The notes under the pieces were generated by a model, which saw only the letters and a list, made by a program, of their open reading frames with translations, did not search any database and had not been told where the DNA came from. From an uncultured bacterium (GTDB taxonomy: Bacteria > Patescibacteriota > Minisyncoccia > Phycocordibacterales > CAIRYW01), in the NCBI GenBank assembly GCA_903882905.1, contig CAIRYW010000019.1, positions 1,406 through 65,405 of the forward strand: a DNA stretch of 64,000 nucleotides. The letters run 5' to 3'. A program made the position numbers and the translations under genes. Below are positions 39,260 through 48,680 of the stretch, one piece after another. Positions within the stretch are counted from its first letter, which is position 1. The number at the start of each line of letters is the position of its first letter.

Positions 39260-40069
39260 ATGAAATTAATTTCTCTAAATATTGAGCTCAATAAGCACAG
39301 AGAAGTTGTTTTAAATTTCTTTAAAAAAGAAAATCCAGATGTTATTTGCGTCCAAGAACTTTTAGAAGAAGATTTTTTAAGATTTAAAAAAGAATTAGGG
39401 ATGGAAGGAGTACTTGGAATGTGGGATTACATAACCGATCTTCATCGTCCAGAATGCAGAGGTAAAAGGCACGGAGTTGCAATTTTTTCAAAAAATATTC
39501 TAAGTTCGGGTTCTAATTTTTATATGGGTAAAGAGGAGGATATTTTAAAACCTTTTGAGGAATATTTACTTGATAATAAAAGACAAGCTAATAGTGTTTT
39601 GCTTTGGATTGAAACAAAAAACAACAAAGGAGAGAAATTTAAATTTGCGACAACCCATTTACCTGTAACAAAAGAAGGGGAGGTAACAGATTATCAGCTT
39701 CAGATTGTCAGTTCTCTTTTGAAAGAACTTAAGAAAATTCCAGAATTTATTGTGTGTGGTGATACAAATGCCCCAAGAGGAAGAGAAGCCTTTGATCGGA
39801 TTGCTCGAATATACAAAGATAATATTCCTCTAGAATATAAAACAAGTCTTGATCAGAATCTCCATAGAGTCAAAGGTCTTATTCATATGGTTGATGCACT
39901 TTTTACGACATCAGGTTACAAAGCTTCAAATGTAAAATTAGTTGACGGAGTTAGTGACCATATGGCAATCGTTGCGGATATAGAAAAGGCCAAAAAAATA
40001 TCAAACAAGTTACTTGGCTTTCCGGTAAAGGTAGTAAAAAGACTTTCTATTCTCTCTAAAATGAAGTAG
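39260..40069 (+). CDS. Endonuclease/exonuclease/phosphatase family protein
   Basis: SLNIE, DVICVQE, THL, GDTNA, SDH. Confidence 0.85.
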   Translation: MKLISLNIELNKHREVVLNFFKKENPDVICVQELLEEDFLRFKKELGMEGVLGMWDYITDLHRPECRGKRHGVAIFSKNILSSGSNFYMGKEEDILKPFEEYLLDNKRQANSVLLWIETKNNKGEKFKFATTHLPVTKEGEVTDYQLQIVSSLLKELKKIPEFIVCGDTNAPRGREAFDRIARIYKDNIPLEYKTSLDQNLHRVKGLIHMVDALFTTSGYKASNVKLVDGVSDHMAIVADIEKAKKISNKLLGFPVKVVKRLSILSKMK

Positions 40070-40078
40070 TCTTGTTGG

Positions 40079-41578
40079 ATGGCAAAAGATGAAGTCATTC
40101 TACGCTTTGAAAAACTCAGTTTTGAGTATGGTCATACCAAACCTATTTTAGATGAGGTTGATTGTTCAATTCGGAGAGGAACAAAAACCACAATCATGGG
40201 ACAAAACGGTGCTGGAAAAAGCACTATTTTTCAACTTATTACAGGAGGACTCAAACCCGAATCTGGAAGAGTAATTGTTTCAAATGGACCGACTATTGCT
40301 ATTTCTAGACAAGTTATTCCTCGAAACGAATTAGACCTGACAGTAAGAGAATTTTTTCTAAAAGCTTTTGAAGATTCTGTACAAGCAGGACTCAGGAAAG
40401 ATACAGGAAGAATTTATGATATTGATCCAAAAATTGATGATGTACTTGAAGTGGTGAATTTGAAAGGTCACATAAAAATGCACGAAAGGATTGTGAGGAG
40501 TTTTTCTGGCGGGCAGCAGGCGAGATTACTTTTGGCCTCTGCGCTTATTCAAGATCCAGATCTTTTGCTTTTGGATGAACCAACAAATAATCTTGATAAA
40601 GCAGGCATAGAACACCTAACAAAATTTCTTAAGGATTACAAAAAAACAGTAATTGTTATTTCCCATGAGGCAGATTTTCTAAACTCTTTTACTGATGGAG
40701 TTTTATATTTGGATATTTTCACAAAAAAGCTTGAGCAGTATGTCGGAAACTATTTTGATGTGTCAGAGCAAATTTTAGCAAGACTTGAAAAAGAAAATAG
40801 AAAAAATGCTTTGCTTGCAAAAGAAATTCAAGAGAACAAAGACAAGGCAAACTTTTTTGCGATGAAGGGAGGTCAGATGAGAATGGTTGCGAAAAGAATG
40901 CGTGAAAAAGCAGAAGAGCTTGAAGAAGAAAAAGTTGATATTAGAAGAGAAGATAAAACTATTCGTTCTTTTGTCATTCCACACCAGCCGGATTTGATTG
41001 GAGATATCATTAGCCTTACGGGATTTAGTGTTATGAATCCAAAGACCCATAAAATTGTAAAAAGAAAAACAAATATAATTTTGAGAAAAAATCAGCATTT
41101 ACTCTTAAAGGGTCCAAATGGAATCGGAAAGAGTACTTTGCTTGAATCTATTGCAAAGGGGACGGCAGATGGAATTGTTATTCCAAAAGATGTAAAGGTT
41201 GGATATTACAGACAGGATTTTTCCACATTAAATTTTGATGACACAGTTTATGATTGTTTGCTTCAGGTGATGGATAAGCATGTGGAAGAAACTATGCGCG
41301 GGGTGGCCGCAGGATTTTTAATTACTGGAGATATGATTCGTACCAGAATTGGAAATCTATCAGAAGGTCAAAAAGGTTTAGTGGCTTTTGCAAGACTGGT
41401 ACTTGAAAGACCGGGGCTGTTAATTTTGGATGAGCCGACAAACCATATAAATTTTAGGCACATTCCAATTATTGCTGAGGCACTAAATAAATATCAAGGC
41501 GCTATGATTTTGGTTAGTCATGTTCCAGACTTCGTAGAAAAAATTAGAATTGATGATGTCCTCGATTTAGAGCAATAA
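40079..41578 (+). CDS. ABC-F family ATPase
   Basis: Two ABC domains (GQNGAGKS, GPNGIGKS, LDEPTN) and no TM segments. Confidence 0.9.
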   Translation: MAKDEVILRFEKLSFEYGHTKPILDEVDCSIRRGTKTTIMGQNGAGKSTIFQLITGGLKPESGRVIVSNGPTIAISRQVIPRNELDLTVREFFLKAFEDSVQAGLRKDTGRIYDIDPKIDDVLEVVNLKGHIKMHERIVRSFSGGQQARLLLASALIQDPDLLLLDEPTNNLDKAGIEHLTKFLKDYKKTVIVISHEADFLNSFTDGVLYLDIFTKKLEQYVGNYFDVSEQILARLEKENRKNALLAKEIQENKDKANFFAMKGGQMRMVAKRMREKAEELEEEKVDIRREDKTIRSFVIPHQPDLIGDIISLTGFSVMNPKTHKIVKRKTNIILRKNQHLLLKGPNGIGKSTLLESIAKGTADGIVIPKDVKVGYYRQDFSTLNFDDTVYDCLLQVMDKHVEETMRGVAAGFLITGDMIRTRIGNLSEGQKGLVAFARLVLERPGLLILDEPTNHINFRHIPIIAEALNKYQGAMILVSHVPDFVEKIRIDDVLDLEQ

Positions 41579-41580
41579 AT

Positions 41581-42294
41581 TTAATTCATTCCTAAATCCC
41601 CAAGGAATTTTTTTAATTCCTCACCCTCAATATTTCTGTGAGCTCCTTCGCTAAGTGAGTCCAATTTAATATTCATTATTCTTATGCGCTTCAGGTCGTC
41701 TACTTCTTGAAAGAGGGCAGAGCACATTCTGCGGATTTGGTGTTTTTTTCCTTCAGTTAGAATTACTTTAAATTTTCTTTCATCTAAAATTTGAACTTTG
41801 CAGGGAGCTGTTTTTTCAGCTTCTATCTGAACACCAGCCTCCATCTTTTCTTTAAAATTTGATCTCAGATCATTTTTGGTTGTTACGATGTATTCTTTCT
41901 CGTGGAAATATTTTGGACCAAGTAATCTTTCGGTAATTCTTCCATCATTTGTAAGAATAATTAGGCCATGAGAATCTTTGTCTAGTCTGCCGATAGGGTA
42001 CACATCTTTTAGTGCAAAAACATTCTTGATTTCTTTTTCTCCTTTTTGGGCGCTGTGAGTGACGATTCCTCTAGGTTTATTGTAAGCAATGTACATGTAA
42101 GGCTTTTGTTTGCCTCTAAAACTTACTTTAACTAGGTCGCTTTCACTTACCTTGTCTCCTAAAACCGCTTGTTTGCCATTAATAAATACCTGACCTTTTT
42201 CAATCAGTTCATCAGCCCCTCTTCGGGTCGAATGACCTTTTAAGGCTAAATATTTGTTGATTCTCATTGGGTAAAGTGGTTTTTGGATTTCCAT
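41581..42294 (-). CDS. rRNA pseudouridine synthase (RsuA/RluF family)
   Basis: S4 domain RINKYLA, GRLDKDSHGL, EGKKHQIRRM. Confidence 0.92.
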   Translation of the reverse strand: MEIQKPLYPMRINKYLALKGHSTRRGADELIEKGQVFINGKQAVLGDKVSESDLVKVSFRGKQKPYMYIAYNKPRGIVTHSAQKGEKEIKNVFALKDVYPIGRLDKDSHGLIILTNDGRITERLLGPKYFHEKEYIVTTKNDLRSNFKEKMEAGVQIEAEKTAPCKVQILDERKFKVILTEGKKHQIRRMCSALFQEVDDLKRIRIMNIKLDSLSEGAHRNIEGEELKKFLGDLGMN

Positions 42295-42330
42295 AATTGG
42301 CAGTATAGCATTTCGCGATAGAATATCAGT

Positions 42331-42576
42331 ATGGCTTATTACGTTTATATTCTTGAATGCAAAGATAAAACTTTATATACAGGTTCAACTAATGATCTTC
42401 AAAAAAGAGTTTTTACCCATAATAATTCGAAAACAGGTGCAAAATATACAAAAGCACGCAGGCCAGTCGTATTAAAATATTCTGAAAAATTTAGAACGAA
42501 AAGTAAGGCTATGAAAAGGGAGTGCACAATAAAAAATTTAACAAGAAAAGAAAAATTGAAGCTAATTAAGTTATAA
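42331..42576 (+). CDS. GIY-YIG nuclease family protein (UPF0213-like)
   Basis: YYVYILEC..TLYTGST, GAKYTKARRP. Confidence 0.9.
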   Translation: MAYYVYILECKDKTLYTGSTNDLQKRVFTHNNSKTGAKYTKARRPVVLKYSEKFRTKSKAMKRECTIKNLTRKEKLKLIKL

Positions 42577-42583
42577 TTAAAAA

Positions 42584-43672
42584 ATGGTTGTAAGCAAACT
42601 CAAAAATTTTTACCACAGGTATGAGAGGCATATTGGTACTCTGACTATAGTTATTGGTTTTGTTTTTGATAATCTCACTCTTCGAAATGCTTCAATTAAT
42701 ACTCAGACACAAGTTTTTCTTCTTTACCTAGTCCTTTCGGCAGTCTCAATACTTTTTCTTCATTTTCTTGAAAGTAAAGATGGAAGAAAAGAAAAATCAG
42801 AGACATTATATTTTTGGGTTTTTCTTTTGATGCAATTTTCGATTGGGGCACTTTTCAGTATGTTTTTTGTTTTTTACTCTCGTGGGTTTGCTCTTTCGGC
42901 ATCATGGCCATTTCTTTTACTTCTTTTTGCGAACTTAGTTGGAAATGAACTTTTTAAAAAATATTACACAAGACTTAGTTTGCAGGTGTCACTTTTTTTC
43001 CTCGGAATTTTTTCTTTCTTTATCTATTACATACCAGTGATTCTCCATGAGATGAGTGATAAAGTCTTTATCTATAGTGGACTTGCTAGCTTGCTGTCGT
43101 GGTTTATTTTTATGAGACTGCTTGATTTGGTTTCTTTTAAAAAAACAAACAAATCCAGAATAAGAATTATAATTGGAGTTTTATCTGTTTATGTTTTGAT
43201 AAATATTTTTTATTTTACGAATCTTATTCCTCCTGTGCCTCTTGTGATGAAAGATGGAGGTGTTTATCACAATTTTTCTATAAATGATCAAGGTGATTAT
43301 ATTGTTTATCATGAGCCAACAACCCTTTGGGAAAATTTATTGAATGAGTATCCTGTTTACCACAGAGTTTTCGGTGAAAGTGTTTATGTAGTTACTTCTG
43401 TTTATGCACCTTCTGAATTAGGCACTCAAATAATTCATGATTGGCAATATTACGATACAGCTTCAAAAAAATGGATTAGTGCTAGCAAAATAGTTGTACC
43501 TATTGTTGGTGGTAGGGAAGGAGGATATAGATTTTATTCGTTGAAACAAAATTTAACCGCAGGAAATTGGAGAGTAGATGTTGAAACGCTTCGAGGGCAA
43601 AATATTTCAAGAATAAAGTTTGAGATTGTTGATGCAACCTCTACTCCAAATCTCGAGCAGGTTACGTATTAA
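42584..43672 (+). CDS. Membrane protein with DUF2914-like C-terminal domain
   Basis: Several TMs; IPPVPL, GGREGGYR, GNWRVDVET. Confidence 0.7.
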   Translation: MVVSKLKNFYHRYERHIGTLTIVIGFVFDNLTLRNASINTQTQVFLLYLVLSAVSILFLHFLESKDGRKEKSETLYFWVFLLMQFSIGALFSMFFVFYSRGFALSASWPFLLLLFANLVGNELFKKYYTRLSLQVSLFFLGIFSFFIYYIPVILHEMSDKVFIYSGLASLLSWFIFMRLLDLVSFKKTNKSRIRIIIGVLSVYVLINIFYFTNLIPPVPLVMKDGGVYHNFSINDQGDYIVYHEPTTLWENLLNEYPVYHRVFGESVYVVTSVYAPSELGTQIIHDWQYYDTASKKWISASKIVVPIVGGREGGYRFYSLKQNLTAGNWRVDVETLRGQNISRIKFEIVDATSTPNLEQVTY

Positions 43673-43756
43673 CCACATACCTGTGGATAAAGTTGGGTAG
43701 GTCGGTCCTACGGTAAAAAAAAGAATACAGAACATGGTTGTTGTGTATTCTTGGGT

Positions 43757-43999
43757 TCAAATAGACTCGCTCTGAGGGTCTTCTGAAGACGTCTCTTTGA
43801 TGTCGATGATTTCATCTGGATCGATCTTGTCGATCTCGGCACGCTCTACATCGGACAATTCGGCGACGATAAGTAGTTCGCCTTTGTCATTTGTGCTCGG
43901 TTTTACATCCCTTTCAATAAGGAACTTGATGACTTTTCCATAATCACGACACGAACAAGGACGGATTGTGTAGGGTTTCTTCGTATCTTGCTTATTCAT
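43757..43999 (-). CDS. Hypothetical protein
   Basis: 80-aa ORF filling an intergenic gap; no recognised motif. Confidence 0.45.
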   Translation of the reverse strand: MNKQDTKKPYTIRPCSCRDYGKVIKFLIERDVKPSTNDKGELLIVAELSDVERAEIDKIDPDEIIDIKETSSEDPQSESI

Positions 44000-44061
44000 A
44001 AAATCTCAATTTAGGTTGGCTCCTGTGAGCGGGTGGACTTTTCAACGAAATAGTACTCCCA

Positions 44062-45324
44062 TTACACGTTCTTTTCAATGCAGTGGGTACCTGCAACAAA
44101 ACCTGTTGTCCAGCAAAGTTGTAAACTATAACCACCAGAAGGGCGGTCAATGTTTAAAATATCGCCGACTAAATAAAGGTTAGAAAATTTTCTCGAGCGC
44201 ATGGTTTTAAAATCCACTTCAGAAAGATCAACTCCGCCGCTTGAGATAATGGCTTTGTCTACTCCTAAAAGCTTATCTATATGAATTGGAATATCTTTTA
44301 ACAATTTTATAAAATTTAATCTTTCTTCTCTGGTAACGCTGTTTGATTTTTTTTCGGGATCAATTTTTGAAAGTTCTAACACGACAGGAACTATTGCGGA
44401 GGGAATAAGTTCACTCAAAGAATTTTTAAATTTCGTATTACTTTTTTCTGAGAAAACTTCTTGGAGCTTTGTGTTAAGTTGACTGTAATCAAATGTTGGT
44501 AATAAATCTAATGAAACTGTTACTTCGCCATATTTCAAAAGTTCCCCAATATCTTTACTCATATTTAAAATTGTTGGTCCGCTTACTCCAACGTGTGTAA
44601 AAAGAATCTTTCCTTTTTTTATTTGTCTTTTTTCTCCATTCTGAATTACTGTTAATTTGATATCTGATAAGCTCACTCCTGCGAGTCTATGAGTCCAAAC
44701 ATCTTTTGTTGCAAGTGGAACAAGTGATGGTGTCGGTTCTGTTACAGTATGTCCAATATCTTTTAGCCATTTAAATCCATCACCAGTTGAACCTGTTTCT
44801 GGGTGTGATGTTCCCCCTGTGGCCATGACAACTGATTTGGCTAAAATTATTTTTTTATTTTTTAATTTAACACCAGTAACTTTTTTCTTATCATCAGATA
44901 AAATAATTTCAGTGACAGGTGAATTTGCTAGGATTGTGACACTTTTTTCTCTAATATATTTTTCTAAAACATTTAAAACAGACTGTGACATATTACTTGT
45001 AGGGAAGACTCGGAGTCCTGGTTCTACTTTTGTTTCCATCCCTTTTGAATTAAAAAAATCTAATGTTTCTTTTACTCCATATTGGGAAAAAGCTGAAAAT
45101 AAAAATTTTCCATCATCTTTAAATTTTTCTAAAAGTTTTCGTGTATCAAATTCGGCATTAGTTACATTACATCTTCCTCCGCCGGTGATTAAAAGTTTCT
45201 TACCTAGTGTTTCATTTTTTTCAATCAAAATAACCTCACCGCCTAGTCCTGCAGCCCTGCCGGCAGCCATCATTCCAGCTGGTCCGCCTCCAACCACCAA
45301 TACATCAAAGATTTTTTCTTCCAT
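44062..45324 (-). CDS. HI0933/YhiN-family flavoprotein
   Basis: GGGPAG, GKKLLITGGGRCNVTN, ATGG, GSTGDG, FTH.GVSGP, GGY. Confidence 0.92.
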   Translation of the reverse strand: MEEKIFDVLVVGGGPAGMMAAGRAAGLGGEVILIEKNETLGKKLLITGGGRCNVTNAEFDTRKLLEKFKDDGKFLFSAFSQYGVKETLDFFNSKGMETKVEPGLRVFPTSNMSQSVLNVLEKYIREKSVTILANSPVTEIILSDDKKKVTGVKLKNKKIILAKSVVMATGGTSHPETGSTGDGFKWLKDIGHTVTEPTPSLVPLATKDVWTHRLAGVSLSDIKLTVIQNGEKRQIKKGKILFTHVGVSGPTILNMSKDIGELLKYGEVTVSLDLLPTFDYSQLNTKLQEVFSEKSNTKFKNSLSELIPSAIVPVVLELSKIDPEKKSNSVTREERLNFIKLLKDIPIHIDKLLGVDKAIISSGGVDLSEVDFKTMRSRKFSNLYLVGDILNIDRPSGGYSLQLCWTTGFVAGTHCIEKNV

Positions 45325-45444
45325 TAGCCAATATTATCATAAGATGCCTAGTTTCTAGGTAATTTGAGTTGGCTCGGGACGGCATCATAAAGTAAGACAA
45401 GTAAGATATAAAACCAAAATTATTACTAGAACGTAATATAGCAA

Positions 45445-46245
45445 GTGATAAATATGCCAGCTTTAGTTAAAAAAATATTTAATAATGTTTTACTTGAACC
45501 TATTCTTTTAGGTGTTCTTTTGTTTGCGATTGTCTCGTCTGTTTTGTTTTCATCTATGAATAACAAAAGTTTTTCTAATCAAAATATTGTTCCATCAACA
45601 ACTTCCAAACTAAGTAATAATGCCGGAGTGTTAGTTGTTCCAAAAGTAAATACAACAACGATTCAGACAAAAGTTTTGTTGATAGTTCCATATACTGATG
45701 AAGTGCCCACAAATACTTGGACTGGACCATGGAAAAACGCCTGTGAGGAAGCTTCAATCACGATGGTAGAAAAATTCTACAAAGGACAAAAAACGATAAT
45801 TAAATCTGAAGCAGCGACATTTATGCAAATGCTGTTTGATGCAGAAAATAAACTTTATGGATCAAATGCAAATTCTGATGCTCCTAGAAGTAATTATTTA
45901 GTAAATAATTACACTTCTTTTCTTGGAGTAATCAAAACAAACCCAACTCTTGAAGATATTAAAGCTGAGCTTAGAGCAGGTCATCCTGTCATTGCTTTTC
46001 ATAACGGCTTTGATCTTAGTAATAAAGATATTCCTTTTTTGCCAACAGGTTCTGCTTACCATTCAACTGTAATTGTTGGTTACGATGACAACCAGAAAGC
46101 ATTTATTGTTAATGATCCGGGAGATACAACTTTAGGGAAAGATCATGTTTATGGTTACGACTTATACATGAACTCTCTTCATGACTATAACTACACAGAT
46201 AAAAAAGCGGATGGTCCTGCAAGAGTAATTTTTACCTCCAAGTAA
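45445..46245 (+). CDS. C39-like peptidase, membrane-anchored
   Basis: VPY, NACEEAS, YH..VIVGYD, NDPG. Confidence 0.75.
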   Translation: MINMPALVKKIFNNVLLEPILLGVLLFAIVSSVLFSSMNNKSFSNQNIVPSTTSKLSNNAGVLVVPKVNTTTIQTKVLLIVPYTDEVPTNTWTGPWKNACEEASITMVEKFYKGQKTIIKSEAATFMQMLFDAENKLYGSNANSDAPRSNYLVNNYTSFLGVIKTNPTLEDIKAELRAGHPVIAFHNGFDLSNKDIPFLPTGSAYHSTVIVGYDDNQKAFIVNDPGDTTLGKDHVYGYDLYMNSLHDYNYTDKKADGPARVIFTSK

Positions 46246-46301
46246 TTATTTCTATCATTATTCGTCTTAGGTATATATAATTATCAATTAAAATTAAATT
46301 T

Positions 46302-46454
46302 ATGCTCACAACAATTGCAATCGTACTTGTGCTTCTATGGGTTCTCGGTGTTATTGGAGTCTATTCAATAGGGTGGTTTATTCACATTCTTTTGGTAATC
46401 GCAGTTATCTTAATTCTTATTAGAGTAATTCGCGGAGAAAATCCTTTTAAGTAG
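46302..46454 (+). CDS. Small membrane protein (lmo0937/DUF5670-like), not in the ORF track
   Basis: MLTTIAIVLVLLWVLGVIGVYSIGWFIHILLVIAVILILIRVIRGENPFK*. Confidence 0.8.
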   Translation: MLTTIAIVLVLLWVLGVIGVYSIGWFIHILLVIAVILILIRVIRGENPFK

Positions 46455-46676
46455 ATAAGAAAGAGCGAACTTGGAGTTATTTACCAAGTTCGCTTTTCCT
46501 TGACTAAACTCTATTTTTGATATATTATACAAAAGTAAGTTAATCTCATTGGTTTTGTTCGGGTATTTCCGAATTCAAGGACTAAAAATCTTTAAAAACT
46601 GGCGAGAACACTAATCGCCTTACACTCAATTAAAGATTAGATAAGACGCGGTAAAACCGTGTTGTAAAAGAAATAT

Positions 46677-47936
46677 ATGTTTAATAAAAGTAGCGGAAGT
46701 CATTCCGCAAGCAGAGGATCTTTTAGAGGTCCTGCAAGAAGTAGTTCATCAAGAGGTCCTTCAAGAGGAGGGCGTTCTTTTGGTGGTGGTAGCCGAGGTG
46801 GAGGAGGTGGTCGTGGAAGAAGTTTTAAGAGATCAATTGATCCTTCTAAATTTATAAACAAAGCTGTCATTACAGAAGAGGTAGTGCATTTTGTGCCAGA
46901 GCACAATTTCATCGATTTTGATATTGATCCTCGTCTTAAAGATAATATTGTAAAGAAGGGATATAAAACTCCAACACCTATTCAAGATAGAGCTATTCCT
47001 TATGTACTCAAGGGAGTGGATGTTGTGGGTATTGCAAATACAGGGACAGGAAAAACCGCTGCCTTTTTAATTCCATTAATTAATAAAGTTTTAAAAGATC
47101 CAAAAGAAAGAATTCTTGTTGCAGTTCCAACTCGCGAACTTGCTCAACAAATTGAAATGGAGCTTCTGGGATTTGCAAAATATCTTCCGATATTTTCAGT
47201 CTGTGCAGTGGGTGGAGCCCCGATCGCTAAGCAGATGGCTGGACTTCGCAGACAACATAGTTTTGTAATTGGAACACCAGGAAGAATTAAAGATCTTATT
47301 GAAAAAAGATGTTTGGATCTCTCAATGTTTAAAACTGCAGTGCTTGATGAAGCAGACAGAATGCTTGATATGGGATTCGTAAATGATATGAGATTTTTTA
47401 TGGCGAAGATGCCAAAAGATCGTCATACACTTTTCTTTTCAGCAACAATGTCTCGTGAAGTTGAAACTTTGATCAAAGAATTTTTGAAGGAACCAGTTTC
47501 TATTTCTGTTAAGACAGGAGATACAGCAAAAGGAGTTGAACAAGATGTTATTAAAGTTGAAAAAGGAAAAAATAAAGTCGATGTGTTACAACAACTTCTT
47601 TCTTCTGAAGGATTTAGCAAAGTGTTAATTTTTGGAGAAACAAAACACGGTGTTGAGAGACTAAGTAAAGATTTGATTGCGAGAGGTTTTAAAGCAGAGT
47701 CTATTCATGGAAATAAAAATCAATCAAAGAGACAAAGAGCTTTAGGACTTTTCAAAGATAACCATATCCAAGTGCTAGTTGCGACTGATGTTGCGGCTCG
47801 TGGAATTGATGTAAATGACATAAGTCATGTTATCAACTACGATATTCCTGCAACTTACGACGATTATATTCACCGTATCGGAAGAACAGGCAGAGCTGGT
47901 AAAAAAGGAAAGGCTTTGACTTTCATCAACGGATAA
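46677..47936 (+). CDS. DEAD-box RNA helicase with RGG-rich N-terminus
   Basis: TPIQ, GTGKT, PTRELA, DEAD, SAT, HRIGRTGRAG. Confidence 0.95.
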   Translation: MFNKSSGSHSASRGSFRGPARSSSSRGPSRGGRSFGGGSRGGGGGRGRSFKRSIDPSKFINKAVITEEVVHFVPEHNFIDFDIDPRLKDNIVKKGYKTPTPIQDRAIPYVLKGVDVVGIANTGTGKTAAFLIPLINKVLKDPKERILVAVPTRELAQQIEMELLGFAKYLPIFSVCAVGGAPIAKQMAGLRRQHSFVIGTPGRIKDLIEKRCLDLSMFKTAVLDEADRMLDMGFVNDMRFFMAKMPKDRHTLFFSATMSREVETLIKEFLKEPVSISVKTGDTAKGVEQDVIKVEKGKNKVDVLQQLLSSEGFSKVLIFGETKHGVERLSKDLIARGFKAESIHGNKNQSKRQRALGLFKDNHIQVLVATDVAARGIDVNDISHVINYDIPATYDDYIHRIGRTGRAGKKGKALTFING

Positions 47937-47976
47937 AAGTCAGTTTGTAGGAAAAAGTTTCAGTGAACAGAAAATC

Positions 47977-48014
47977 AACAAAGCCCGCAAGACGAAGTCT
48001 TGCGGGCTTTGTTT
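47977..48014 (+). terminator. Intrinsic terminator
   Basis: aacaaagcccgcaagac-gaa-gtcttgcgggctttgtt. Confidence 0.8.
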
Positions 48015-48096
48015 TGACTTAGAAATTGAAATCACTATTTATGATACAATTAGTTTGTTAGTAGGAGTTTTAAACTAAAATAATCAAAAAAATATT

Positions 48097-48609
48097 ATGC
48101 CTAAATTTATTGGATATATGCTTATGGGAGTCGCTGGTATTTGGCATGGAATGTTCGGTGCACATGTACCGGTAAATAATAACGCACAGTATGGAGGACA
48201 ATATGGCCAAAATTCAATGCAAAATCGTCCTGTTAATCCAAATGGAACAAGTATTATGGGTACTGTATCAAGTATTAATGGGACAACAATTATTATTCAA
48301 GCTCTTCAGAGACCAGATCCAACTTTAGCAACTACTACTTCTGTTGATTTTACTGTTGATGCATCCAATGCAAGAATCATTAAATCAGGATCAACAACCA
48401 CTGCTACTGTTGCAAATATCGGAGTTGGCGACAGAGTAATCGCACAAGGTACTGTTGATGGAAATTCAATTACTGCAAGACTTATTATTGATACATTACC
48501 TCCAGAGCAGATTCAAAAGCCTGCAACAAAAGCTCCAGCAAAGAATCCAGTAAAAGCTCCAACAAAAGTTACTAAACCATCTTCAACCAAAACTCCTGTC
48601 AAGAAATAG
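48097..48609 (+). CDS. Secreted protein with DUF5666-like OB domain and Lys/Pro tail
   Basis: GTVSSING, VGDRV..QG...ITA. Confidence 0.6.
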   Translation: MPKFIGYMLMGVAGIWHGMFGAHVPVNNNAQYGGQYGQNSMQNRPVNPNGTSIMGTVSSINGTTIIIQALQRPDPTLATTTSVDFTVDASNARIIKSGSTTTATVANIGVGDRVIAQGTVDGNSITARLIIDTLPPEQIQKPATKAPAKNPVKAPTKVTKPSSTKTPVKK

Positions 48610-48619
48610 TATAAGAATT

Positions 48620-48653
48620 AAAACCGGCGGGCTTCGAGCCCGCCGGTTTTTTT
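48620..48653 (+). terminator. Intrinsic terminator
   Basis: aaaccggcgggct-tcg-agcccgccggttttt. Confidence 0.8.
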
Positions 48654-48680
48654 ATTAAGATAGTGTTAAAATATTATCAC

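Noticed and set aside
42331-42576. Second GIY-YIG gene as another element copy
   Set aside because: It has no flanking CCCAGCAC repeats and looks like the ordinary UPF0213 type.
33027-43690. DnaA-box-like 9-mers (near 33081, and TGTGGATAA at 43682-43690) as an origin
   Set aside because: They are isolated, not clustered, and no dnaA or dnaN is nearby.
44819-45358. Long antisense ORFs (also 37029-37556, 38242-38721, 55830-56318, 60912-61556)
   Set aside because: They are shadow frames opposite well-supported genes.
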